Shown piece after piece: positions 8,427 through 18,695 of a stretch of 41,719 nt of DNA; the first letter of the stretch is position 1, and each line of letters starts with the position of its first letter. The position numbers and the translations under genes were made by a program. This DNA comes from Chthoniobacteraceae bacterium. GTDB taxonomy: Bacteria > Verrucomicrobiota > Verrucomicrobiia > Chthoniobacterales > Chthoniobacteraceae. The stretch is from positions 1 to 41,719 of the forward strand of contig JANNWY010000110.1 of assembly GCA_031409335.1 (NCBI GenBank), in the 5' to 3' direction. The notes beneath the pieces are model-generated. The model was not told where the DNA came from, did no database searches, and worked only from the letters and a program-made list of their open reading frames with translations.

Positions 8427-11400
8427 GTGTCGTCCTCCCTCCGCCGATTTCTCCAGCTTGCCGCAGTGCTCGGAGTCCTCACGTTTCTCGCGTGGCTTGC
8501 CATTGCAGTCCGCGAGTCCGCGCGCAGCACGGAACGGCATGCTGTCACCCTCGCGCAAATCGCCGAAAAGCCGCAGGCTGCGGCACCGCCAGATGCCTTC
8601 CCTCCGCCGAGCCACCCAGTCCGGTCTTCGTCTTCCGGTGATGAGATATTTGACCAGTTTGCAGCGTGGACGACGACCTATGTCGCCACCCCTCTTTCGC
8701 AACGCCCACCCTTGATTTCCGCCGGCATCCGACTGGCCGCGAGTCGGCGGGCCGCACTATCGGCCATGATCCCGGTCGATCCGAAGCGTGCGCTGGAGCA
8801 CGCGCTGCCGATGGTCGTGCGACAACAGATGCCTGCGGAACTTCTGGGACAATTGGAAGAGCGCATCAGTACCCGCGGATTCTTCGGTGTGCTTGGCGTC
8901 GTGGGCCAGCCCGGCAATGAAGCCCCGCTTCGCCGGGAAGTCCGGCTTGGTGATGAAAGACGTTATCAGGCACACACCCACGGAGCCCGCTTGCAACAGC
9001 CTTCAACCCACGACACGAACCTCACCGGCATCGCGATGGATCGTGTGATGGCGCTCGACGACAAAGGATTCCGCATTCTCGAAATCGGGGAACGCCCCGA
9101 CCCCATGAAGCCGGCCTTCAAAACGTGTCCGGTTTCTGGCAAGTCCGTCGAAGTCCAAACCCTCGACGACGGTTCGCAGCCACCCATTGATGCCACTACT
9201 CCGGCCGTGGAGATCGCGGGCGAGATTCACTATCTATGCGATGGCGGACACATCCACGCCCTTGCGGAGGGAGGCTCGGGCGGACCCACGAAACCCACCG
9301 AAACCGTCCCCACAACTCAAAGCACCGGCGTCCGCACCGTGCTCTACATGCGCGTCGCCTTTCCGGAAACGCACAAGGAGCCCCAGACCGAGGCGGCCGC
9401 GTACGACATGATGCGGCAGGTGAACGACTTCGTGGTGGAAAATAGCTATGGCAATGTCTATCTCCTCACCACCGTGACACCGCTCCTCGTGCTGCCCCGC
9501 ACCGAGGCATTCTACAAAGGCGGTGGCGGGGACGAATACACCGTGCAAACCGACGCACAGTTGGCAGCCAGGCGGTTGGGTTACGACTCCGCGAGGTATG
9601 ATCACGACGTCGTCGCCTACAACGGCGGTCCCGGCACCTTTGGCGGGCTTGGCTACGTTGGCTCAAAAGGGATCTGGCTGCGATCCATCACGGTCGGCAT
9701 CGCCTGCCATGAATTCGGGCATAACTTCGGACTGTGGCATGCCAATTTTTGGAATACGGGCGGCGCATCGACAAGCGGCAGTGGAACCAATACCGAATAT
9801 GGTCACATCTTTGACACAATGGGCCCGGCGATCGCCGGCGACAACCACTTCAACACCTGCCACAAAGCCATCCTCAACTGGCTCCCGCGCCAAAGTTTCG
9901 TCCAGCACGCTCACACGAGCGGCACCTACCGCATTCATGCGTTCGATCAGTCATTGCTCGATCCGCAAAAGCGTTATGCGCTTTCGATCACCAAGGATGG
10001 TGCGCGGGAATACTGGGCGGAATTCCGGCAAAAATCATTCGGTGAAAATAAGTGGGTGCGCGATGGCATCCTCCTAAACTGGAACCGCTGGGCCGATAGC
10101 AACCAGGGCGCGCAGCTTCTCGACACCACACCCGGCAGCGCGGGAGACCGCAACGACGCCGCAATCGTCATCGGACGGACCTATTCCGACTACGAAAGCG
10201 GCGTCCACATCACACCCATCGGAAAGGGTGGCACGTCACCGGAGTCGATGGATGTCGTCGTGAATCTCGGGGCATTTACCGGGAACCATCCGCCAGTGGC
10301 GATCGTGGCTGCCAGCACCTTGGCAACCGGCTTGTCCAGTCCGGTGGATTTTACGGTGTCAGCCAGCGATGTGGATGGCGACTCACTCAGCTATGCGTGG
10401 GACTATGGGGATGGCACATTCAGCAATACCAATTCGCCGGCTGTCTCGAAATCCTGGCCGCTGGCGGGCGAATACGTGGTGCGGTGCGTCGTGTCGGACA
10501 TGAAGGGTTTCACCGCTAGTGACTCGGTGATTGTGCGGATCGATTCGCCTTCGACCTATCGAATCTCCGGCTTGATCTCACTCGACGGGGAGCCGCTGGC
10601 GAACGTGCGGGTGGGCAATGGTCTTTCTGGCTCCAGCTATTCGGAAACATTCTCCGATGGCGATGGGAGTTACACTTTGCCGGGTCTGGCCGTGGGGAGT
10701 GTTACTCTGGAGCCTGCGCTGCATGGCTATACGTTTGCGCCTGCATTCGCGAATCCGGCCACGGTAGGCCCCGATTTTACCGGCGCGGATTTCGCCGCCA
10801 GCAGGACTGTCACGGTATCCCTCACCGTGAACGACGCTGACTGCGCCGAGGGCGGCGCGAACCCAGGCAGCTTCCGATTCACTCGCACCGGCCCGACCGA
10901 CGCTCCGCTCGCGGTGACTTGTTTCAATCCACCAAAAGGCAGCGCCGTCGCGGCTTTCGACTATGGGTTCGCGCCGACTCCGCTGCCTGGCCAGGGCGCA
11001 GCCGCGACTTACTATACCGCCACCATTCCCGCGGGCCAGGCTTCGTTGGATGTCATTGTCACCGCAGCCGACGATACCCAGATGGAAGGCCCCGAGGTGA
11101 TCGTGCTCGAACTTGTGCCACGGTCCACCTACGGCGTCTTTGGCTCCGCAGCGGCGGTGCTGACGATCCAGGATGAGGATAGCGCGCTGCCCTCGGTGAC
11201 GCTGCGGACTGTGGATGGCGATGCGCACGAAGGCGGCGGCACGGCTTCCTTCCTGGTTCAGCGCACGGGTGCCACCACTGCTTCGCTGACGGTTAGTTTC
11301 ACCGTCGCGGGCACTGCGACGGCAGGCAGCGACTATGCAAACATCGGCACCCAGATCACGATACCCGCAGGCGCTTTGTCAGTCCCGCTGCTCATCACGC

Positions 11401-13925
11401 CAGTGGACGACGCGATTGCCGAAACCACGGAAATCGCAACCGTTTCCCTGATCGCCAGCGCAAGCTACATCCCAAGCGGTCTATCGACTGAAAATGCGGG
11501 CACGGTGAACATCGTGGACAACGATCTTGCCACGGTAACGGTCACTGCGCTGGACGACACCGCGAGCGAAGCGGGAGGCGACCCCGGGACGTTCCTGATC
11601 ACCCGGACTGGCAGCCTTGCGCAGCCATTGACCGTGAACTACGCACTCGGCGGCAGCGCGACTCACGGCGTGGACTATGAAAGGCTGCCTGGCGTGCTTG
11701 CCATGCCCACTGGCTCCAACTTTGCGAGCGTTACAATTACTCCGATTGACGATCTGCTCGGGGAGCCATCCCAGACCGTTTCACTTCAGCTCCGTGGAGG
11801 AATCGCTTATGCCGTCGGCGCTCCTGGAAACGCCACGCTCAGTCTGATCGACGACGGTGATCCGCCGGTCATCACCGTAGGCACAAGGAACGCGATCATT
11901 GGCGAACCTTCCACGGCAGGCACCTTTCGATTCACCACGACCGGGACCGGGACCGGGAACATCACGGTGCGCTATGCGGTGACTGGCACCGCGCTGCCAG
12001 GCGTTGATTACATCTTGCTCGCCGGGGATCTCATCATGGGTCGGAACGCCACGGCGGAAGTAACCGTGACGCCGATCGACGATCAGGAGTTGGAGAACGT
12101 GGAGAGCATCACGGTCACGATCCTGCCGGATGTGGCGTACTCCCAATTCCTCGATGCGACTGCCACCCTTCAACTCGCCGACGACGATCGTCCGACCGTC
12201 AACATCTCCACGACCAATGCGTCATTCGTGGAAAATAGCGGGATGGCTCGCTTCTGGATTTCCAGGACGGGACCGACCAACGCTCTTCTCAACGTGAACT
12301 ACTCACTCAATGGCACCGCGACGAATGGCGCAGACTACCTATCGCCAACCGGAACGATCGACATCCCCGCCGGCGCAGCCGGGATTGCGCTCGCGATCAC
12401 GGCGATCGACGATGCCCTTGCCGAAGGAACCGAGACCCTCACCGTGACGATCGAACCCGGCCCGATCGGAACCGGAATCGCCAGCGCCACGCATTACCTT
12501 ACCGACAACGATGCTTCGTCCGTGCAGGTGAAATTTAGCGCCACCACGAGCGCCGCAAACGAGAGCGCGGGCGCGCTGGGCATACCTGTAGTCCTGACCG
12601 CCGCCGCGCCTGGGGAAGTGAAAGTCGAATACGTAATCAATGGCGGAACTGCGACGGGCGGGCTGGACTTCACGATCACGCCTGGCGTCCTTGTATTTGC
12701 GCCGGGTGAAACGTCCATGGCGATCCCTTTGGCCATCATCGACGATGGCTTCCACGAACCCAACGAAACGGTCGTGCTCCGACTTATCAATGCGAATGGT
12801 GCAACCCTCCCGACCGGCATTAACTCGGCGGCCACCCATACGCTGACGATCAATGCCAATGACTCACCGCCCGTCGCCAGATTCGCTTTTGCAAATGCAG
12901 GCGGCAGCGGCCCCGAGTCACAGGCGGCGGCGCCGGTTTTTGTCTCGCTGAATGCTCCTCAAACCGTTGCGACCTCGATCCGATATTCGATCGCCGGTGG
13001 GACGGCGACCTCCGGGGTGGACTATACGCTGTCCGCGGGCACGCTAGCCTTCGCCGCAGGTGACACAGCGAAGGCAGTGCCTCACGCGATCATCAACGAT
13101 ACATTGAGTGAACCGACTGAAACACTGCGGATTGCATTGGACGATCCCATCGGCGCGGCGCTCGGCGCGAATGCGAATTGGACATACACGATTTTCGATG
13201 ATGACGCGCCGGGGTTGACGATTTCCGCGAGCGACGCGGTGGCTGGTGAGTTCGGCGGAGACCTCGGCATGTTGTTACTCACTCGCACCGGCACGCTGGC
13301 CAGTGCCATCACCGCCGGCATCGCCGTCGCTGGCACGGCAATCGGCGGAAAGGATTTTCAGCCACTGCCTGCTGCGGTCGTCTTCATCGTGGGTCAGGAA
13401 TCCGCGACGATGCCGGTGACGCCGATCGCCGACAACCTATCGGAGGGTGACGAGACGGTGGCCGTGACGATTACTTCGGATGGAAATTTCAACGTCGGGA
13501 CTGCCAACTCCGCTACGGTGACGATTCGCGATTTGGCGATCGACGGTTGGCGTTTTGCCAAATTCGGCACTTTCGCAAACAATCCGCTCCTCGCCGGGGA
13601 CACGGCGAATCCCGACCTGGATGCCTTTCCGAATCTGCTGGAGTTCGCGCTCGCTTCCGAGCCGTCGCAGCCAGGTTCTGCCACATCTCCGATTTTTGCA
13701 GTCGAAGGCACTGACGTGACGCTGACCTACACGCGACCGTCGGTTCTTGGCGATGTTTCCTTCACTCTGGAAAAGTGGGTCGCGCCCGACCACTGGCCAG
13801 CAGTGAATTTCACCGAAGAGATCGTCTCGGACGACGGGATCTTCCAGGTGGTGAAAGATCGCGTGCCGGCCAATGGCGCGACGGAGATGATGCTGCGTCT
13901 GCGCGTCTCGCGGCCCGCTCCGTAG
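8427..13925 (+). CDS. Giant secreted metzincin (M11/gametolysin-like) metalloprotease with PKD, carboxypeptidase-regulatory-like and 8 Calx-beta domains
   Basis: HEFGHNFGLWH zinc motif plus DTMG Met-turn, PKD motif YAWDYGDG, eight ~115-aa repeats (RTG...GTATxGxDY...DDxxxExxE...IxDND), and a DxDxD..NLLEFAL C-terminal domain. The start is uncertain (ORF opens at 8304; GTG8427 precedes the hydrophobic segment). Confidence 0.88.
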   Translation: MSSSLRRFLQLAAVLGVLTFLAWLAIAVRESARSTERHAVTLAQIAEKPQAAAPPDAFPPPSHPVRSSSSGDEIFDQFAAWTTTYVATPLSQRPPLISAGIRLAASRRAALSAMIPVDPKRALEHALPMVVRQQMPAELLGQLEERISTRGFFGVLGVVGQPGNEAPLRREVRLGDERRYQAHTHGARLQQPSTHDTNLTGIAMDRVMALDDKGFRILEIGERPDPMKPAFKTCPVSGKSVEVQTLDDGSQPPIDATTPAVEIAGEIHYLCDGGHIHALAEGGSGGPTKPTETVPTTQSTGVRTVLYMRVAFPETHKEPQTEAAAYDMMRQVNDFVVENSYGNVYLLTTVTPLLVLPRTEAFYKGGGGDEYTVQTDAQLAARRLGYDSARYDHDVVAYNGGPGTFGGLGYVGSKGIWLRSITVGIACHEFGHNFGLWHANFWNTGGASTSGSGTNTEYGHIFDTMGPAIAGDNHFNTCHKAILNWLPRQSFVQHAHTSGTYRIHAFDQSLLDPQKRYALSITKDGAREYWAEFRQKSFGENKWVRDGILLNWNRWADSNQGAQLLDTTPGSAGDRNDAAIVIGRTYSDYESGVHITPIGKGGTSPESMDVVVNLGAFTGNHPPVAIVAASTLATGLSSPVDFTVSASDVDGDSLSYAWDYGDGTFSNTNSPAVSKSWPLAGEYVVRCVVSDMKGFTASDSVIVRIDSPSTYRISGLISLDGEPLANVRVGNGLSGSSYSETFSDGDGSYTLPGLAVGSVTLEPALHGYTFAPAFANPATVGPDFTGADFAASRTVTVSLTVNDADCAEGGANPGSFRFTRTGPTDAPLAVTCFNPPKGSAVAAFDYGFAPTPLPGQGAAATYYTATIPAGQASLDVIVTAADDTQMEGPEVIVLELVPRSTYGVFGSAAAVLTIQDEDSALPSVTLRTVDGDAHEGGGTASFLVQRTGATTASLTVSFTVAGTATAGSDYANIGTQITIPAGALSVPLLITPVDDAIAETTEIATVSLIASASYIPSGLSTENAGTVNIVDNDLATVTVTALDDTASEAGGDPGTFLITRTGSLAQPLTVNYALGGSATHGVDYERLPGVLAMPTGSNFASVTITPIDDLLGEPSQTVSLQLRGGIAYAVGAPGNATLSLIDDGDPPVITVGTRNAIIGEPSTAGTFRFTTTGTGTGNITVRYAVTGTALPGVDYILLAGDLIMGRNATAEVTVTPIDDQELENVESITVTILPDVAYSQFLDATATLQLADDDRPTVNISTTNASFVENSGMARFWISRTGPTNALLNVNYSLNGTATNGADYLSPTGTIDIPAGAAGIALAITAIDDALAEGTETLTVTIEPGPIGTGIASATHYLTDNDASSVQVKFSATTSAANESAGALGIPVVLTAAAPGEVKVEYVINGGTATGGLDFTITPGVLVFAPGETSMAIPLAIIDDGFHEPNETVVLRLINANGATLPTGINSAATHTLTINANDSPPVARFAFANAGGSGPESQAAAPVFVSLNAPQTVATSIRYSIAGGTATSGVDYTLSAGTLAFAAGDTAKAVPHAIINDTLSEPTETLRIALDDPIGAALGANANWTYTIFDDDAPGLTISASDAVAGEFGGDLGMLLLTRTGTLASAITAGIAVAGTAIGGKDFQPLPAAVVFIVGQESATMPVTPIADNLSEGDETVAVTITSDGNFNVGTANSATVTIRDLAIDGWRFAKFGTFANNPLLAGDTANPDLDAFPNLLEFALASEPSQPGSATSPIFAVEGTDVTLTYTRPSVLGDVSFTLEKWVAPDHWPAVNFTEEIVSDDGIFQVVKDRVPANGATEMMLRLRVSRPAP

Positions 13926-14045
13926 CGGTGCGGCCCGGGCAGTTGCCCTGCGGCCAGCAGCCGACCGGAAAAAATTGTCGGTCTGTGAAATGAAGTCGGT
14001 AATAGTGTGAACGTCCGCAGATTACTCTCGAAAGCACCCGACCCC

Positions 14046-15347
14046 ATGAAATCACCACGCCCACTGCTCCTCGGATTCCTCCTGGCTGCCTTTCTCCAAG
14101 CCCGCGCAGAGGAACTGCGAACGTTCAAAAAAATCCAGCTTCACGATCAGTTTTGGAGCGAGGGCGCGAACTTTGGCGACCTGAACAACGACGGAAAACC
14201 GGACATGATTGCCGGACCGTTCTGGTGGGAAGGGCCGGACTTTTCCAAGCGGCACGAGTTCGCGGCGGCGACGCAGACTTTCGAGTTGAAGCTCGGGCCG
14301 CTGACGAAAGTGAGTGTGCCGGGATTTCATGGGACGCTGGGGCGCGAGAATGCTTATTCCGACAACTTTTTCGCGTGGGCGGTCGATTTCAACAAGGATG
14401 GCTGGAACGACATTTTGATCATTGGCTTTCCCGGCAAGGACACGTCCTGGTTTGAGAATCCGAAGGGCAGTGATGGGCACTGGAAACGGCACGTTGTTTT
14501 CGACCAGACGGACAATGAGTCGCCGACATTCACGGACATCACGGGCGATGGGAAACCGGATCTCGTGTGCATCACCAAAGGACAATACGGCTACGCGGAA
14601 CCGGATTGGAGCGATGCCGCGAAGCCGTGGAGATTTCACGCGATTACGCCGAACAACAAATACGGCAACTTCACGCACGGCATGGGCGTGGGTGATGTGA
14701 ACGGCGATGGGCGCGCGGACTTGATCGAGAAGGATGGCTGGTGGGAGCAGCCGGCGTCGCTCGCGGGCGATCCGGTGTGGACGCAGCACAAGACGCCTTT
14801 CGGCGGCGGCGGTGCGCAGATGTATGCGTACGATGTGAATGGCGACGGGATGAATGATGTCATCACGAGCCTCGCGGCGCATGCGTTCGGGCTTTCGTGG
14901 TTTGAGCAATATCGCGAAGGCGCGGAGATCAAATTTCGCGAGCATTTGCTGATGGGGAAGGAACCGTCGGACAACAAATACGGCGTGAAATTTTCCGAGC
15001 CTCACGCGATCGACCTCGTCGATATGGATGGCGACGGGCTGAAGGACATCGTGACCGGCAAACGCTTTTGGTCGCACGGACGAGTGGGTGATCCCGATCG
15101 CAATGACGCCGCGGTTTCCTACTGGTTCAAACTCGTGCGCGGCGCGGACAAGAGCGTGGATTTCATCCCGTATCTCATCGACAACACGTCCGGCGTCGGC
15201 ACGCAGGTCGTCGCGGGCGACATCAATGGCGACGGGCTGCCCGATGTCGTCGTAGGGAATAAACGCGGCGCGTTCGTGCTGCTCCAGGAAAAGAAAACGG
15301 TGACGAAAGAAGAATGGGATAAAGCGCAGCCGAAGGTGTTGCGGTGA
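14046..15347 (+). CDS. Secreted FG-GAP/VCBS repeat beta-propeller protein
   Basis: Signal peptide and seven DxNxDGxxD-type repeats. Confidence 0.9.
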   Translation: MKSPRPLLLGFLLAAFLQARAEELRTFKKIQLHDQFWSEGANFGDLNNDGKPDMIAGPFWWEGPDFSKRHEFAAATQTFELKLGPLTKVSVPGFHGTLGRENAYSDNFFAWAVDFNKDGWNDILIIGFPGKDTSWFENPKGSDGHWKRHVVFDQTDNESPTFTDITGDGKPDLVCITKGQYGYAEPDWSDAAKPWRFHAITPNNKYGNFTHGMGVGDVNGDGRADLIEKDGWWEQPASLAGDPVWTQHKTPFGGGGAQMYAYDVNGDGMNDVITSLAAHAFGLSWFEQYREGAEIKFREHLLMGKEPSDNKYGVKFSEPHAIDLVDMDGDGLKDIVTGKRFWSHGRVGDPDRNDAAVSYWFKLVRGADKSVDFIPYLIDNTSGVGTQVVAGDINGDGLPDVVVGNKRGAFVLLQEKKTVTKEEWDKAQPKVLR

Positions 15348-16837
15348 ACATCGAACATCGAAGTCATACGCCGTGGCTCATCGCACTCGCGCTCTTTGTC
15401 GGGAGCCTACTGCTCTTCACGCGGGACAACGGTTTTTCGTTCAGCTATCACCCGGACGAGGATGGGAAAACCTTTCAGATCATTGAGCGCGAGCGGAATT
15501 TTCATCATCCGCTGCTGATGCTGAATGTGACGGACCTCGCGGTGCACCTTGCGCGGGTGCCGCTGAGTTCGCAAGCGGTGGTGATTGTGGGGCGATGGGT
15601 GTCGGCGGCGTTCGCTGCGGGCGCTGTGGCGGCCCTGGCGATGCTGGCGTTTTGTCGCGGCGGCTGGCTGGCGGCTTGGTCGGTCGGGTTGCTCGTGGCG
15701 ACGCACGGCAAACTCTACGAGGCGGCGCACTATTTGAAGGAGGACACGGCGCTGGTTTTCGGGCTCGCGGTGTTTTTTTTGGCGGCGGATTTTTTCTCGC
15801 GCGGGCCAACGACGCGGACGCTGCGTTTCCTCGGCATCGGCTGCGGGCTCGCGGCTTCGGGGAAATATGTTGGCATTTTGGCGCTGCTTTTCGCGATGCC
15901 ACTCGTCTGGCGCGCAGCGACGGTGCCGCGGCGATGGAAGACTTTTGCGATCGCGTTTGTCGCGACGTTTCTGATTCTCAACCTCCCGCCGACGACGCAT
16001 CCATCGAGCCCGTTTCGCAGCATCAAACGTGAAATCACCGGCGTGACGGCGGGACATCGCGGCATGACGCGCGAGGTGCCGCACGCGAAATACGTGGGCG
16101 AATTGCACGAGGATGTTTCCCGTCCGGTCCTGGCCTTTGCGGGGCTCGCCTTGCTGGCCATGCTCGTCACGGCGCGCAAGCGAACCGGCGCGGAATGGGT
16201 GCTCGTCCTTTTGCCGCTCGCTTACTTTGTGATCATCTCATTTTCGCCGAAAACGGGCGGGCGTTATTTATTGCCGACGAGCACGCTGGTTTGCGCGCTC
16301 GGCGGGTTTGGTGTGGTGGAAATTGCGCGCTGGCTTGGCCGGGGAAAATATCCGGCGCTCGCGGTTGGTGCGGTGCTTCTACTGTATGCGCAACTCCCGC
16401 TGCTGCGCGCGACGATGGATGAATTCCGGCACGACGATCGCGTGGCTCTGGCGGCTTGGATTCGCGCAAATGTTCCCGCGGATGCGATCATCGTGGAAGA
16501 TCATCGCGTGAATCTTTTCGCGCCCGCGCCCGGCGATGAATCGGGGAAACCGCAGGTGCCGCAGCGTGTGCTCGACAACGAATCCGCGGCGGACGTCGGC
16601 ACTCTCGATGAAATGCAAACGTGGGGCATCGTCTATGTCGCCGTTTCGCAGCGGCAGTACGACCGCTACTTTTCCAAAAACCTGAAACCGCGTGAATCGG
16701 AGAAGGCGGATTACGCGCGGCGAAAGAATTTTTATTCCCGACTTTTTGCGGAGGCGGAACTCGTCCTGGAACTGAAATCGCAGGGGAACATCTACCTCCA
16801 GCCGGGGCTGAAGCTCTACCGGCTCGCGTCGCGCTGA
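15344..16837 (+). CDS. Polytopic GT-C fold glycosyltransferase (GT39/ArnT/PMT-like)
   Basis: HPDE motif after TM1, many hydrophobic helices, LAASGKY and RYLLP motifs, soluble C-terminal domain. GTGA overlap with the upstream gene. Confidence 0.8.
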   Translation: MNIEHRSHTPWLIALALFVGSLLLFTRDNGFSFSYHPDEDGKTFQIIERERNFHHPLLMLNVTDLAVHLARVPLSSQAVVIVGRWVSAAFAAGAVAALAMLAFCRGGWLAAWSVGLLVATHGKLYEAAHYLKEDTALVFGLAVFFLAADFFSRGPTTRTLRFLGIGCGLAASGKYVGILALLFAMPLVWRAATVPRRWKTFAIAFVATFLILNLPPTTHPSSPFRSIKREITGVTAGHRGMTREVPHAKYVGELHEDVSRPVLAFAGLALLAMLVTARKRTGAEWVLVLLPLAYFVIISFSPKTGGRYLLPTSTLVCALGGFGVVEIARWLGRGKYPALAVGAVLLLYAQLPLLRATMDEFRHDDRVALAAWIRANVPADAIIVEDHRVNLFAPAPGDESGKPQVPQRVLDNESAADVGTLDEMQTWGIVYVAVSQRQYDRYFSKNLKPRESEKADYARRKNFYSRLFAEAELVLELKSQGNIYLQPGLKLYRLASR

Positions 16838-16852
16838 TTGCAGCGTCCGCTG

Positions 16853-18613
16853 CTACTGCTTCGAGGACTTGGCGGACGACGATTCGGAGCGGATGTGCGG
16901 GGCAAGGCCGAGGTCGGCTGCGTTTTTTCCGAAGACTTCCGTGAGCTGCGTGATGCGCGTGAGCAGCGGATCGTAGAGTTTTCGCTGGGCGGCGCAGAAG
17001 CTTTGCAGCGGGGCGAAAGTGGTCGCGAGATCGGCGAAGAATTTTTCGACAGCGTGCCGCAAGTGATCCTCGATTCCGCCGAGGACGGTCTCGCGTTTTT
17101 GCATCATCTGTTTGCGAAATTCGGCGAGGATTTGGTGGCGTTTGAAAACCGCGACGACGGTGCCGGTGAGCGCGGCGACTCCGGCGACGGTGCCGGTGAC
17201 ATCCACGATCGCGACGTGGCCGAGCGCGGCGACGAGCGTGGCGAGGCCACCGGCGGCGGCGATGCCGGCGGGGACGCGCAGCCAGTTCGCGGTTTCGCTG
17301 AAAAGTTTGCCGAGTTGTTCGTTCACCTGTTCGCCGCTGCCACGTTCGAGCAGCGTGAGTTCGATGCGGCGCAGCAGCTCATCGCGCTGGCGCACGAAGT
17401 CGGGAAAACTGGCGATGTCACGCCGCTCGGAAAATGCGGTCTGGAGCGATTCGCGGAGTTGCGCCCACACGCTTTTCAAATCGGACTCCAGCAGTTCGAG
17501 CGAGTTTTCGATCTGCGTCTGGATGGAGCCGCGCAGCCGCGTTTCGATCTGGTTTTCAAAGTCGTGCCGCCACTCGCCTTTGTTAAACATGAGCTTCACC
17601 GAATTGAAAATCGTCAGCTTTTCCGCGAGCAATTCCTCGCCGCGTTTCTGCGCCTTTTCGTAACTCTGCGTGAGGCTCCAGAGCACGCCGCCGATTTGCC
17701 GGAGCGACTGCTCTTTCCGCTCATCCAGCTCGTGACCGATGTGAACGATCCGCGCGGTGTCACGATCGACGGTTTCCATCACTTCGCGTCCGCGGTTGCC
17801 GAGATCGCCGATCACGACCTGGCCGGTTTGGCAAACGCTGCGCAGCTTGTTCAGCCGCGCTTCGCCGGTGGCGACTTCGGCGTTGATGAACTGCTCCAGC
17901 TTCGCCATCCCGGTCGCCTCGAGCGTCTCGGAAACATTCTGCCCGCTGAGCTTCGCGGCGAGCGCGGGTTTCGCGGAGACGGCGAAAATCGGGCACGCCT
18001 GGCCGATGCGTTCGAGCATCGTTTGTTCGAGATGTTTTTTGATCGCGTCGATTTCCTCGGGCGAACGCAGGTCGCTTTGCTGGAGCACGAACGCGACGCG
18101 CTTCAGCCATTTCTTATTGATGAGCCGCAGAAAATCCCACGCGGTCGCGGCCCACGGATTCACGGCGCTGAAGACGAATAGAATCAGGTCCGCGATCGGG
18201 ATGAATTGCTCGGTGATCGTCTGGTGCTCGGAGACGATCGTATTGGTGCCGGGCGTATCGACGATGTTGAAATCGCGCAGGAAACCGGAGTTGCGGTAAC
18301 ACTCGGCGAGACGATCCGAGACGTGGACGGTGCGCTCTTCCTCGCCGTATTTGAAAACGTAAATCCGATCCGTCGCGGGCAGCACATCGACCTTGCAAAA
18401 GTCGCGACCGAAGATCGCATTCAGCAGCGACGATTTTCCCGCCTTCACCTCGCCGACCACGACGAAAAGAAACGGCTCGCGGAGGCTCTGCTGGAGCTGG
18501 TGCAGCGTGCTGATCGTCTCGCCGGGCGCGTCGAGATCGGTCGCGAGATTTTGCAGCGCGAAGAGCGCGGTGCCGAGTTGCGCGCGGAGCGTGAAGTAGT
18601 CGTCGCCGATCAT
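16853..18613 (-). CDS. Bacterial dynamin-like GTPase
   Basis: G1 GEVKAGKS, G2 Thr, G3 DTPG, long helical stalk, and a hydrophobic hairpin near the C-terminus. Confidence 0.88.
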   Translation of the reverse strand: MIGDDYFTLRAQLGTALFALQNLATDLDAPGETISTLHQLQQSLREPFLFVVVGEVKAGKSSLLNAIFGRDFCKVDVLPATDRIYVFKYGEEERTVHVSDRLAECYRNSGFLRDFNIVDTPGTNTIVSEHQTITEQFIPIADLILFVFSAVNPWAATAWDFLRLINKKWLKRVAFVLQQSDLRSPEEIDAIKKHLEQTMLERIGQACPIFAVSAKPALAAKLSGQNVSETLEATGMAKLEQFINAEVATGEARLNKLRSVCQTGQVVIGDLGNRGREVMETVDRDTARIVHIGHELDERKEQSLRQIGGVLWSLTQSYEKAQKRGEELLAEKLTIFNSVKLMFNKGEWRHDFENQIETRLRGSIQTQIENSLELLESDLKSVWAQLRESLQTAFSERRDIASFPDFVRQRDELLRRIELTLLERGSGEQVNEQLGKLFSETANWLRVPAGIAAAGGLATLVAALGHVAIVDVTGTVAGVAALTGTVVAVFKRHQILAEFRKQMMQKRETVLGGIEDHLRHAVEKFFADLATTFAPLQSFCAAQRKLYDPLLTRITQLTEVFGKNAADLGLAPHIRSESSSAKSSKQ

Positions 18614-18695
18614 GCGCGGGATGGGGCGGCGTGTTCACTCGTTCCCAAGTTCCCCGTGGGAGCGAGGGGAATGCTGGCGTCGCTGCGGACGCGGG

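Noticed and set aside
15773..15780. T8 tract in the glycosyltransferase gene (and an A-run at the hprK 3' end) as phase-variation sites
   Set aside because: The tracts are short, in frame, and explained by Phe or Lys codons; there is no evidence of slippage.
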